64,000 nucleotides of DNA from positions 127 through 64,126 of the IMG/VR virus record IMGVR_UViG_3300042887_001670. One strand, written 5' to 3'. The position numbers and the translations under genes were made by a program. Below are positions 46,895 to 56,161 of the stretch, in pieces (positions within the stretch are counted from its first letter, which is position 1; each line of letters begins with the position of its first letter). The DNA is from a virus. Its lineage: Duplodnaviria > Caudoviricetes. The notes beneath the pieces were generated by a model. It was given only the letters and a program-made list of their open reading frames with translations. It was not told the origin of the DNA and did not search any database.

Positions 46895-47781
46895 TGTTTA
46901 CCTTAGCGGGAAAGAGCGCACGGAGTGCTTCCGGGCCGTTCGCGCTTTTCGGCGGAGGAAATACTACCGTTAATGTCGCCGTGACAGACAAATACACCTA
47001 CAGCGGCGATACAGTATCAGCGGGAACTAATCTTGGGACAGCGCGCCGATCCCTCGCTGCTGCGGGTAACAGCACACAGGGTATTTTTGGCGGAGGATAT
47101 GACACCGCTGTTACCGCCGTGACTGACAAATACACCTACAGTGGTGATACGCGAGTGGCAGGAACTGCTCTCGGAACAGCGCGCCGAAACCTCGCTGCTG
47201 CGGGCAACAGCACACAGGGTGTTTTCGGCGGAGGAGGTACACCCTTTCTTACCGCCGTGACTGACAAATACACCTACAGCAGTGATACGCGAGTGGCAGG
47301 AACCGCTCTTGGAACAGCGCGCGAAGCCCTTGCTGCTGCGGGTAACAGCACACAGGGGATTTTCGGCGGTGGAATCGCCGCCGCTGTTACCGCCGTGACT
47401 GACAAATACACCTACAGCGGTGATACGCGAGTGGCAGGAACTGCTCTCGGAACAGCGCGCTACTTTCTTGCTGCTGCGGGTAACAGCACACAGGGTGTTT
47501 TCGGCGGAGGAGGAGGTGCACCCTCTTTTACCGCCGTGACTGACAAATACACCTACAGCAGTGATACGCGAGTGGCAGGAACCGCTCTTGGAACAGCGCG
47601 CGAAGCCCTTGCTGCTGCGGGTAACAGCACACAGGGGATTTTCGGCGGTGGAAACGCCGCCGCTGTTACCGCCGTGACAGACAAATACACCTACAGCGGC
47701 GATACACGAGTGGCGGGAACTAACCTCGGAACAGCGCGCAACCTCCTTGCTGCCTCGTCCTCATCTCCGGGTGGCTTTTGA
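46894..47781 (+). CDS. Kelch-like six-bladed beta-propeller repeat protein
   Basis: Six 46-47-aa repeats FGGG-x6-AVTDKYTYS.DT..AGT.LGTAR-x2-LAAAGNSTQG. Confidence 0.8.
   Translation: MFTLAGKSARSASGPFALFGGGNTTVNVAVTDKYTYSGDTVSAGTNLGTARRSLAAAGNSTQGIFGGGYDTAVTAVTDKYTYSGDTRVAGTALGTARRNLAAAGNSTQGVFGGGGTPFLTAVTDKYTYSSDTRVAGTALGTAREALAAAGNSTQGIFGGGIAAAVTAVTDKYTYSGDTRVAGTALGTARYFLAAAGNSTQGVFGGGGGAPSFTAVTDKYTYSSDTRVAGTALGTAREALAAAGNSTQGIFGGGNAAAVTAVTDKYTYSGDTRVAGTNLGTARNLLAASSSSPGGF
46948..47755 (+). repeat. Six 138-nt in-frame repeats with two hypervariable patches each
   Basis: Units at 46948, 47086, 47224, 47362, 47500, 47641. Confidence 0.93.
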
Positions 47782-48410
47782 TGCACGCGAAAACCAATCG
47801 CAATAACCACGACTTTCAAATCTTGCACTTTCTTGCGGGTTCCTGCCACACGGCTGACGGTGCATACGCATTGCTCTGCGACCTACGCGATGACCGTGCG
47901 GACGCGCTCAAACAGGCCACAGCCGCGCACCTTCGGGAACGTGCCAAGATACTCCGTGCCGAGCGCCGGATGGCCTCGGACGATGAGGCTGAGCGTCTGG
48001 AAGGACAGGCCGATTTGGCGGAGGTCGAAGGCTACGCCGAGACGTTGTCCAAGAACCTCGCAGGCGCAGAGGCAGAGTTGGCCTTCATCCAGCAGTGCAT
48101 CGCACGCCTCCAACCGCTGCGCCGCTACGCGCACCTACCCGATGCCGAGGCGCACGAAGCCTGTCAGCGCGAGGAATGGCGATTGGAACTTATCGACCGG
48201 GCGCAGAATCTCCTGCTGACATCTGGCACAATACCGCACGACCACCTCGCCACGATGCGCCAGCATCCTGATTTTGCCACGCATATCCTGCCCGCCATTC
48301 ACCAAACCAAGGCGTTGATGGCTGAGGGCACTTCCGATACTTTGCTGACCGCGCTGCGCCCGCTGGAAACGCTATTGTTGGAGACTACACCCCCATGTTT
48401 GCTCGAATAG
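47781..48410 (+). CDS. Hypothetical helical protein coupled to the propeller gene
   Basis: TGATG coupling; coiled-coil character. Confidence 0.65.
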   Translation: MHAKTNRNNHDFQILHFLAGSCHTADGAYALLCDLRDDRADALKQATAAHLRERAKILRAERRMASDDEAERLEGQADLAEVEGYAETLSKNLAGAEAELAFIQQCIARLQPLRRYAHLPDAEAHEACQREEWRLELIDRAQNLLLTSGTIPHDHLATMRQHPDFATHILPAIHQTKALMAEGTSDTLLTALRPLETLLLETTPPCLLE

Positions 48411-48901
48411 AAAACGGTGTCGCCGTGGCCTACCCGGTCGAGCCGCGCGCTGAACAGCCTAACACGTCGTTCCCGTGGGATTGGCCCGGTGGCGTAGTGA
48501 ATGGCGTTCAGTATGCCAGGGTACGCCCAGTCGATGTGCCGGTTGCGTCCGTGGCGCAACGGGCGGTAGAGGTGAGCCCAGCGCTGATTGATGGCGTCTG
48601 GACTCAGATGTGGATGCTCGTTGACCTGACGTTGGAGGAACAGACAGCGCAACTGGAAAATTGGCGTCGGAGCTTGTCGGTAAGTCCGCTTCAGATTCGC
48701 CGCGCGTTGCGTCAGACGGGCCTGTTTGAGGCCGTGTCCGCCTTTGTCGCCTCTGCTGACGATGACGTACAAGATGCGTGGGAGTATGCCACGCAGATCG
48801 ACCGCAACAACCCTTTGATCGTTGCGGCCGCTCAGGCGCTCAGTGTGACTGACGCGCAGGTGGATGATCTGTTCCGCAAGGCCTCGGAGATTCGTACATG
48901 A
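48395..48901 (+). CDS. Tail fibre assembly-like protein
   Basis: P.LIDGVWTQ.W, VSPLQIRRAL, AWEYAT.IDR, VDDLF. Confidence 0.65.
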   Translation: MFARIENGVAVAYPVEPRAEQPNTSFPWDWPGGVVNGVQYARVRPVDVPVASVAQRAVEVSPALIDGVWTQMWMLVDLTLEEQTAQLENWRRSLSVSPLQIRRALRQTGLFEAVSAFVASADDDVQDAWEYATQIDRNNPLIVAAAQALSVTDAQVDDLFRKASEIRT

Positions 48902-49419
48902 GCCTGCCTCCTAACCTTGGTGCGCTTTGGTCTGGCACCCGTGATCTACACCATGCTTGTGAAGCGCACGCGGTAGGGCAGCGTATGCTTGCAGGTCAAG
49001 TCTCTCCGCAAGAATGGGCAGATTGGCTTGCTGCCTTTCACGTTATCCACCTTGTCATCGACAAGACGCTACCTTCTCACTATACGCGCGCACCACTTTT
49101 GCTTGAGGATTTTACCCATCTGCCGCCTCCGCATATGCCCTCGGCTGCGTGTGCTTTTGCGGCTGACCTTAGCACACCTTCCGATATTCTTGGCGCTTGC
49201 TACGTGCTACACGCCGCCCATCGCCGTGGGGGGCGGGCAAAAGCGCAAATCATGCGCAGTGCCGGTTTGTCTACGCGACACATTGAATATGAACGTGAAG
49301 GCGAAGTAGAAACTTTTATCCGCACCTTGCGCGACAGGGCAGACCTTATCTCTCCTGCCCGTGCAGCTTTTGCAGCGATGTTAGCCACGATGGACGAGAT
49401 ACAGGCAAGACATGGTTGA
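48898..49419 (+). CDS. Heme oxygenase-like protein
   Basis: TRDLHHACE (proximal His), LL.D, GACYVLH.AH..GG, AF..M C-terminal helix. Confidence 0.6.
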   Translation: MSLPPNLGALWSGTRDLHHACEAHAVGQRMLAGQVSPQEWADWLAAFHVIHLVIDKTLPSHYTRAPLLLEDFTHLPPPHMPSAACAFAADLSTPSDILGACYVLHAAHRRGGRAKAQIMRSAGLSTRHIEYEREGEVETFIRTLRDRADLISPARAAFAAMLATMDEIQARHG

Positions 49420-49612
49420 ACTCGCACTCCCCGCTGCTGGTGTTTTTGTGTCAGGCCGAGTGCCTGACATAATTACCATGTCAGTTGCGGATGTGCCGCC
49501 ATTTCGCACATATTATGTAGAGAGCAACCCACGTATCTATGTCTTGCCTTCATCAATACGGAAATACTATGTCCCGCTGTCCTCGCGGAAATACCCTATT
49601 CTACCTGAGTAG
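49412..49612 (+). CDS. Hypothetical protein
   Basis: Overlapping start in operon; internal R.YYV repeats. Confidence 0.45.
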   Translation: MVELALPAAGVFVSGRVPDIITMSVADVPPFRTYYVESNPRIYVLPSSIRKYYVPLSSRKYPILPE

Positions 49613-49620
49613 CAGCCTTA

Positions 49621-49989
49621 TTGCTTCGCACCCTCGGGAGAGGGTATAAAACTGTATTCGACATTTGCGTTTGCGGAGCAAAAGCCGTGACAGAAATTAT
49701 CAAGCTCAAGGAGCAGCATCCTCAAGACGACTTGGATCACGCATTTAACTTTGCGGAATGGTTCAGCGTTGGCGACACTCTCTCATCTTGCGCCGTATCG
49801 ACCTCACAAGGCATCACGCTCGGCGTGTCTTCCAAAGCACCAACCATTTCAGGAAATGAAGTAGTGCTTTGGCTGACAGGTGGTACGCCGGGTGAAGAAT
49901 ACTTTGTCCAAGTTACCGCTCAGACAAGCCAAGGCCGCAGAAAGACGGTGGATGGGTCTATTACGATAATAGACCCTACCTCACCTTAA
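49621..49989 (+). CDS. Small virion/fibre adaptor-like protein (true start probably GTG ~49687)
   Basis: P.D.LD..F.F..W, VVLWLTGGTPG..Y.V....TSQGR. Confidence 0.6.
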   Translation: MLRTLGRGYKTVFDICVCGAKAVTEIIKLKEQHPQDDLDHAFNFAEWFSVGDTLSSCAVSTSQGITLGVSSKAPTISGNEVVLWLTGGTPGEEYFVQVTAQTSQGRRKTVDGSITIIDPTSP

Positions 49990-50153
49990 TCGACGGACCC
50001 GTTCTCCCCGCCAGCGTCTTCCTTCCCGCTTTCATACGCCTCCATGACCTTGCCATGAACAAACATGGCAACCTCTAAGCGCGTCTCATTGCTGAGATTG
50101 GGGAAATACTCTTTCAGATCGAAGTAGATATCGGTCTGGGTAGGGACTCTCAT
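49986..50153 (-). CDS. Hypothetical protein
   Basis: ATGA-coupled to nrdA stop. Confidence 0.45.
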   Translation of the reverse strand: MRVPTQTDIYFDLKEYFPNLSNETRLEVAMFVHGKVMEAYESGKEDAGGENGSVD

Positions 50154-51925
50154 TGACATACCTCGCATGTTTCGCCGTCATTGGCGTTCTTGGCAGGGAT
50201 TTTTTCGCTTACAACTTCAGCGCGTTGCACCGAAAGAGATCGGCAATAGTATAGCCCCTTGAGGCCAGATTTCCATGCCCGCATGTGCGCTTCGTGAAGT
50301 TCCTTCTTCGTGGTATCCGCAGGAAAGAACAGGTTCACAGACTGGCCTTGGTCGATAAACGGTTGACGGTCTGCGGCGAGGCGGATGATGAAGTTCTGGT
50401 CAAGTTCAATAGCAGTCTTGAACGTCGCCTTCTCCCAATCGGTCAAGAACTCAAGGTGCTGGACACTGCCCTTGTTTGCCACGATGCTGTCCCAAGTGTC
50501 CTTTGTATTCTTACCATACTTGTTAAGAACCGCAGACAGGTAGGTATTTCGGACAGGGAAAGAACCAGAAAGGGTCTTTTGCGTGAACACGTTTGCGGGC
50601 CATGGCTCGATACAGGGCGAGACTCCGCCACAAATGATTGAGATGGACGCTGTGGGGGCGATTGATGTCTTGTTCGAGAACCGCTTGTGGAAGCCTGCTT
50701 CCTCAGCGTCAGGGCAAGGTCCGCGCTCGTCTGCAAGCACCCTGTCCGCTGCTTCAACGCGGTCTTGGATATGCTTGAAAATCTTCTTGTTCCAGGCAAT
50801 CGCAGAAGGCGACTCGAAGGGCACGCCTTGGCTTTGTAGGAAGGAGTGGAAGCCCATGACGCCTAGGCCCACAGAACGCTCCTGCGTGGCGCTGTAGATG
50901 GCTGCAGCCATGCTTGGTGGCGCACGGTCGATGAAGTCCTGTAGGACGTTATCAAGGAAGCGCATAACATCCTCGATGAACTTCGGTGTGTCCTTCCAAC
51001 TCATGTAGGTATCGAGGTTGAGGGAGGACAGGCAACATACTGCCGTTCGCATCTCCCCGTGATGGTCGCGGCCTGTAAATAATACCACCTCGTTGCAAAG
51101 GTTTGACGTGCTAACAAACAAGTCTAACTTCTTATGATGCTCTGGGATATGCTTATTCACAGTATCAACAAACAGAAAATAAGGCTCGCCCGTCTCAATG
51201 CGTGCTGTCAACAGCCTGACCCAAAGCGCGCGTGCGTCAAGCGTTTTGAGGACAGCGCCATTTTTGGGGCTAACAAGGTTCCACGTCTCGCCTTTCTCTA
51301 CAGCGTGCATGAAGGAGTCAGGGATGACGACCGCGTGGTGTAGATTGAGGGACTTGCGGTTAGTATCCCCGCCAGTAGGGCGGCGCATTTCGATAAATTC
51401 TTCGATCTCAGGGTGGCTCACGTCTAGGTAGACAGCCGCAGAACCACGACGCAGGCTGCCTTGGCTTACCGCTAGGGTCTGGCTGTCCATGACCTTGAGG
51501 AAGGGCATGATGCCGCTGCTCTCGCCACGTGCGCCAATGCTTTCACCCACGGCGCGCACGTTGCCCCAATAAGTGCCGATGCCGCCGCCGCCAGACGCCA
51601 GCCACACGTTCTCATTCCAAGTGCCAACGATGCCTTCGAGATTGTCTTCAACCTCATTTAGAAAACAACTAACTGGGAGCCCGCGCGTAGTGCCCCCGTT
51701 GGCTAGGACAGGCGTGGCAGGCATGAACCAAAGCAGGCTCATATATTGATATAGACGCTCAGCGTGCGCCTTATCATCGGCGTATGTACAAGCAACGCGG
51801 GCGAATAGGTCTTGATAGCTTTCGCCGGGGAGAAGGTAGCGATCCTTTAGGGTTTGCTTACTGAAGTCCGTCAGGAAAACGTCACGGCTACGGTCAACGG
51901 CAATAGAAAAACGCTTGGCGCTCAT
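50150..51925 (-). CDS. nrdA: Ribonucleotide reductase class Ia alpha subunit
   Basis: ATPVLAN, PVSCF, SNLCNE, VCCLSS, IAPTASIS, DQGQS.NLF, LYYCRS, C-terminal CEVCQ. Confidence 0.95.
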   Translation of the reverse strand: MSAKRFSIAVDRSRDVFLTDFSKQTLKDRYLLPGESYQDLFARVACTYADDKAHAERLYQYMSLLWFMPATPVLANGGTTRGLPVSCFLNEVEDNLEGIVGTWNENVWLASGGGGIGTYWGNVRAVGESIGARGESSGIMPFLKVMDSQTLAVSQGSLRRGSAAVYLDVSHPEIEEFIEMRRPTGGDTNRKSLNLHHAVVIPDSFMHAVEKGETWNLVSPKNGAVLKTLDARALWVRLLTARIETGEPYFLFVDTVNKHIPEHHKKLDLFVSTSNLCNEVVLFTGRDHHGEMRTAVCCLSSLNLDTYMSWKDTPKFIEDVMRFLDNVLQDFIDRAPPSMAAAIYSATQERSVGLGVMGFHSFLQSQGVPFESPSAIAWNKKIFKHIQDRVEAADRVLADERGPCPDAEEAGFHKRFSNKTSIAPTASISIICGGVSPCIEPWPANVFTQKTLSGSFPVRNTYLSAVLNKYGKNTKDTWDSIVANKGSVQHLEFLTDWEKATFKTAIELDQNFIIRLAADRQPFIDQGQSVNLFFPADTTKKELHEAHMRAWKSGLKGLYYCRSLSVQRAEVVSEKIPAKNANDGETCEVCQ

Positions 51926-52003
51926 GGCATTTCCTGCTCAGGACATATTTAAGGGAACCCCCACCTTAACGCGGCTAAGGGTTTTTAGGAAAGGTCTTGA
52001 CTT

Positions 52004-52285
52004 TTAGTTTTCGTCGTAAAGGCTACTTGCTTCGCCCTTCTTGATTTCAGCCACGTAGTTTTCGGCACTTCCTGCCAGTGTAATGACAAGGGCCGTAAAA
52101 GCACGCTTTGTATCGTCGCTGAGGTTTTCCACACTGTTGTGGATATTCTCGATCAGTTCAGCCGTGTACTTGAGGCCGTGAATGAAGCCGCACGCAAAAA
52201 CGGAGCTACCTTCTGCGGCTAGTTCAGCACCTAGAGCCATTCTATCAATGGTGCCGAGTTTGGAGAGAATCGGATGGTCTTCCAT
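52004..52285 (-). CDS. Hypothetical protein
   Basis: TAATG coupling to kdsA. Confidence 0.55.
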   Translation of the reverse strand: MEDHPILSKLGTIDRMALGAELAAEGSSVFACGFIHGLKYTAELIENIHNSVENLSDDTKRAFTALVITLAGSAENYVAEIKKGEASSLYDEN

Positions 52286-53136
52286 TAGTAGGCTCCTGTG
52301 TATTTGGCACTCTTAACAAGATCGTCTATGGCCGTCAAGCGACGCATGAGGCCGTGCATCCTATACAAGGGCACCATGTTAGGCCCGTCAGATAGTGCCT
52401 TGTCGGGGTCTGGGTGAGTTTCAATGAACACCCCCGCCACGCGCACAGCCACCGCAGCGCGGGCCAAAGGCTCTACGAATTGCCTCTGGCCGCTGCTAGC
52501 CCCGCCTGCCCCGCCAGGAAGCTGGACAGAGTGTGTCGCGTCAAAGATAATAGGGTAGCCTGTCTGCTTCATGATAGGTAGTGAGCGCATATCAACGACA
52601 AGATTGTTATAGCCGAATGTTGTTCCGCGCTCAGCTAGTAAGATTTTGCTATTCCCAGCTACGGTGAGCTTTTCTGCGACGTTTGCCATGTCGTTTGGGG
52701 CGAGGAACTGCCCTTTCTTGACCATAACAGGTAGCCACGTCTTGGCTGCTGCCACAAGAAGGTCTGTCTGCCGACAGAGGAAGGCAGGGATTTGTAGTGC
52801 GTCCACAACGCCTTCCAAGGCATAACAATGTTCGCGTTCGTGAACATCTGTGATGACAGGCAGCCTGAAAGTCTCTCTGATTTCTTGGAAGATGGGGATC
52901 GCAGCCTTGAGGCCGATGCCCCGCGCGCCAAAGCTCGAAGTCCGGTTAGCCTTATCGAAGCTGGCCTTAAACACGAGGTCCACATCGAGGCGCTTGGCAG
53001 ACTCCGCAAGGGACTGCGCAATCTCTAGTGCCTGCTCCCTGCTCTCAATCTGGCAGGGGCCTGCAATAAAGGACAGCGGCAGCGCATTGGAGAAGGAGGC
53101 ACGGCCAATCTCTACGGTATTCTGGCGCGGGAGCAT
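52285..53136 (-). CDS. kdsA: Kdo-8-phosphate synthase
   Basis: IAGPCQIES, KASFDKANRTS, QIPAFLCRQTDL, KKGQFLAP, ERGTTFGYNNLVVDMR, DATHSVQLPG, ETHPDP..ALSDGP. Confidence 0.95.
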   Translation of the reverse strand: MLPRQNTVEIGRASFSNALPLSFIAGPCQIESREQALEIAQSLAESAKRLDVDLVFKASFDKANRTSSFGARGIGLKAAIPIFQEIRETFRLPVITDVHEREHCYALEGVVDALQIPAFLCRQTDLLVAAAKTWLPVMVKKGQFLAPNDMANVAEKLTVAGNSKILLAERGTTFGYNNLVVDMRSLPIMKQTGYPIIFDATHSVQLPGGAGGASSGQRQFVEPLARAAVAVRVAGVFIETHPDPDKALSDGPNMVPLYRMHGLMRRLTAIDDLVKSAKYTGAY

Positions 53137-53138
53137 GG

Positions 53139-54674
53139 CTAAATCCTGATATGGAGGGTATCAGAAGCACGACTTACGGCCACATAGCAAGCCGCTTGCT
53201 TATCTTCGTGGTCCCTAATCGTCTCAAGGTTGGGCCAATCCACGAAAACATGCTTGTAGGTAGAACCTTGGGCTTTGTGCGCCGTGCTGGCATGTTCGTA
53301 GAGAAGAACGGCGAACTTGCTACGAAAACCAAAATAATCTCTTGCCCATGCAAGCCCTCGCAGGGATGACCAAGAGCCTTTGGCTGGCGTAAAGGTCTGC
53401 TCGTCGGTCATGAAATCGAGCGAGTATGTGAGGTATTTTGGGTTTTTTAGTGCAGCTTCATAAAGCCAATCATACTGCTCTGGCTTGAAGAACTTGCGGG
53501 CCTGCGCCTCGGTAATCGAGAGACGCTTGTTATCTTCGATGCCTCCGCGCGCAAAGCGCTTTTCTAGTTCGCGGTCGAGCTTAGCGAGTTGGTCCGCAAA
53601 CTTACGGACATTGCCAAGTGCGTCTTCCAACGCTGGCTTCAAGTGGTTGACGTACATATCAAACGTCAAACCTTTTGCATCAAAGGTAAGGTTAGTCTCA
53701 GGGTTGAAAAGAGAAAGATCGTAGTAAGGTATCGTCTTCTCAGAGAACGGGTGGCGTTCTTCGGCCATGAAGCCGACATGCTTTACTATAAGTTGGCTGT
53801 TGTTGTCTGCGACTTTAATGTTGGAATACTTGCCACTCGTAGCTCCGCGCGCCCAGATAAAGAACGGGGCCTCAGTCAAGATAAGATTTTCTTCAGGCAT
53901 GAAGTCGTGAACGTCAGCGCCGTAGATGGCGCGGCGCTTCATCCTATTTAACTCGCTCACGCGTTTGTTGGTATAGGCCACAGCGACGGCATCTTGCGCG
54001 GATACGAACGCCTGCTCGAACTTGTCGCTCGAATGGTATGCAAAGACGCTTTGGTTATCTATGGCATCTAGGTCGATCTGGCCTGTTGTGCGGACGGATT
54101 TACTGACAGCCACGATACCTTGACTGCCGCTTCGCATGACTTCAGCTAACTTGAAGCGCACAGGTATCTTCTCCACCGCATCCACGATGGACGTGCCTTT
54201 TACAGGGCGCAACTGTGCAAAGTCGCCTGTCAGGATAGCTTGCGCTTGCGCCGCTTCAACCGCGCGTTTGATGGCGCGCATGTCTGCGACATCAACCATT
54301 GAGACTTCATCGAGGACCAGAATGCTACCAGATTCCAAGGTATCTCCGCCGCCTCTTTTCCACTGCGCTTGGCCTTCTTCATCTGGGTCATCTGTGGTTG
54401 AGGGTGCTTTACCAATCAGGGCAGAAACTGTGGTGGCCGCAACAGAGATGCCATAGCGGGCAAGAGACTTCACCAGCACGGACTTGGCTTTGTGCGTCGG
54501 ACAAGCGACTAGGACAGGGCGCTTGGTGCTTTCCAGGGCCTTGATAACGTGGGAGATAGTGAAGGTCTTGCCGCTGCCCGCAGGGCCAAGAAGGAGCGCA
54601 AAAGAATGCTCCTTCTTGGTGGCAAACTCAATCAAGCCATCGGCGGCTTGGCTCTGAAGGGTATTCAGTGTCAT
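53139..54674 (-). CDS. Dda/RecD-like SF1 helicase
   Basis: GPAGSGKT, PTHKA, DEVSM, GDFAQLRPV, TAHKAQGST, YVAVSRA. Confidence 0.9.
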   Translation of the reverse strand: MTLNTLQSQAADGLIEFATKKEHSFALLLGPAGSGKTFTISHVIKALESTKRPVLVACPTHKAKSVLVKSLARYGISVAATTVSALIGKAPSTTDDPDEEGQAQWKRGGGDTLESGSILVLDEVSMVDVADMRAIKRAVEAAQAQAILTGDFAQLRPVKGTSIVDAVEKIPVRFKLAEVMRSGSQGIVAVSKSVRTTGQIDLDAIDNQSVFAYHSSDKFEQAFVSAQDAVAVAYTNKRVSELNRMKRRAIYGADVHDFMPEENLILTEAPFFIWARGATSGKYSNIKVADNNSQLIVKHVGFMAEERHPFSEKTIPYYDLSLFNPETNLTFDAKGLTFDMYVNHLKPALEDALGNVRKFADQLAKLDRELEKRFARGGIEDNKRLSITEAQARKFFKPEQYDWLYEAALKNPKYLTYSLDFMTDEQTFTPAKGSWSSLRGLAWARDYFGFRSKFAVLLYEHASTAHKAQGSTYKHVFVDWPNLETIRDHEDKQAACYVAVSRASDTLHIRI

Positions 54675-55143
54675 GGTTTACCTTTTCGTATGCTTCTGCG
54701 AGTTTCGCAGGAGTGGGTTCGTCAGCTTGGTCTTGGTATCGGCCATTATAGCCTTGAGTGGGGTTGACGACAAGGTGGAAAACCACTTGGGCTATAGGTT
54801 GTCCTGCGAGTAGGTGGATAGGCTGATAACCTTGGTTCTTGAGTTCCAAGGTCAGGTATCCGCGCCACCCCGGTTCGATCACGCCGACCCCGACGAACAA
54901 ACCAAGACGGGCCAGAGATGACTTGTCGTGTAGAAAACCAACGAGGTCGGCAGGCACAGCAAAGTGTTCGTAGGTGCTAGCGAGACGAAATTGACCGGGG
55001 TAGAGGTCTAGGGGTTGCTTGATTCGGATGTCATATCCGGCAGGGCCAGCGCCAAAAGTCATACCTGTTTCGGGATGATGGGTGCGTGGGTTGGCCGGGC
55101 AAAATATGGACCGGGCGAGGATTTCTGAGCCGGTAATAACCAT
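54628..55143 (-). CDS. dcd: dCTP deaminase / trimeric dUTPase family
   Basis: PAGYDIR, DKSSLARLG, IEPGWRGYLTLEL, YNGRYQDQ. Confidence 0.85.
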   Translation of the reverse strand: MVITGSEILARSIFCPANPRTHHPETGMTFGAGPAGYDIRIKQPLDLYPGQFRLASTYEHFAVPADLVGFLHDKSSLARLGLFVGVGVIEPGWRGYLTLELKNQGYQPIHLLAGQPIAQVVFHLVVNPTQGYNGRYQDQADEPTPAKLAEAYEKVNHDTEYPSEPSRRWLD

Positions 55144-55158
55144 TTGTTTTTTCTCCCT

Positions 55159-55644
55159 TTACGGTAGGAGGATAGAGCAAGCCACATCTGCGGCTTCATT
55201 CAGGCTATCCACCCAAAAGCCAACTGCACTTACGACCATGGCGTGCTTGGCAATAGAGTTGCGGCTCCTGTCCTTGGAAATTGCAAGGATCGGCACTTGA
55301 AGCGCGAAGCCAAAACCAATCTCCATGATAGTGCCGAGCGAAGGGGGCGCACCTTCGTCCTGTTCAAGAAGGTTGGCGATAATGAGGTCCGCAGTGCGGC
55401 AGTCATTAAAGTCACGGCTTAAAATGGCTTTGCTTGTGGCCAGCGGTGAATAGAAAGGGTAGGCGCTGGTGGTAAGAGGGCCTTCGTGCTTTAGAGCGCC
55501 CTTGCCACGCAGGGGGCTGTAGCCTCGGATAGCGCCGTTGCTGCTGCTTTGAAGCAGATGATCGAGGTCCATGCGCCAGTTTTGCGCTTCGTCATAAGTG
55601 CTGCCGCCAATAGGGCCTGCTAGATAGACTTTCTTGTGCATCAT
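55159..55644 (-). CDS. Nucleoside 2-deoxyribosyltransferase-like protein
   Basis: VYLAGPI, WR, RD..D...AD, SLGTIMEIG. Confidence 0.8.
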   Translation of the reverse strand: MMHKKVYLAGPIGGSTYDEAQNWRMDLDHLLQSSSNGAIRGYSPLRGKGALKHEGPLTTSAYPFYSPLATSKAILSRDFNDCRTADLIIANLLEQDEGAPPSLGTIMEIGFGFALQVPILAISKDRSRNSIAKHAMVVSAVGFWVDSLNEAADVACSILLP

Positions 55645-55719
55645 TTTGCTCCTTTATAGGGCTGATTACTGCTCGGTGGTTTTTGAGCGGATAGGGTGGG
55701 GGTTATACACCCCTATATC

Positions 55720-56016
55720 TTAAGCCTCTTGCGTCAGTAACGTCAAAGGATCATAAACCGATACCCTTCCCGCGAGTATGGCTGCGCGGCAAGCGTTGTA
55801 GCCTCGTGTGCAGTAAAGCGCGGGGAGAAGCGACGGATTTTGTTCAATTTTAGCTTCTGGCACCACGAACAACCCAGCCCCCTCCGCCTCCGCCACCGCG
55901 AGGGCGCGACGGATAACTGCCTCTGCGATTTGCTCATCCGTGGCGCCGTTCAAGCTATCAACGGCCTCGCGATACGCCCGCGCCGCCGCCTCCACCATGC
56001 GTTCAGAGAGGGTCAT
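55720..56016 (-). CDS. Hypothetical protein
   Basis: MTLSERMVEAAARA..., GYNACRAAIL; phage accessory type. Confidence 0.55.
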   Translation of the reverse strand: MTLSERMVEAAARAYREAVDSLNGATDEQIAEAVIRRALAVAEAEGAGLFVVPEAKIEQNPSLLPALYCTRGYNACRAAILAGRVSVYDPLTLLTQEA

Positions 56017-56161
56017 GGGGGGGCCTTGGGTTGGTGCGCAAGTTCGTTCAACAGCGCCTTCATGCAATCATCGGACGACAAGCAAAAACGTTCACCGGGC
56101 TTTTCCGTTTTGCGCAAGCCACGAACCCCGTTGCAAATTGGGCAAATGCGGGCGATGGGGG

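Noticed and set aside
46948-47755. CRISPR array or complete DGR in the repeat protein
   Set aside because: Repeats are in-frame coding units with only 6-21 nt variable patches; no cas genes, reverse transcriptase or template repeat in the window.
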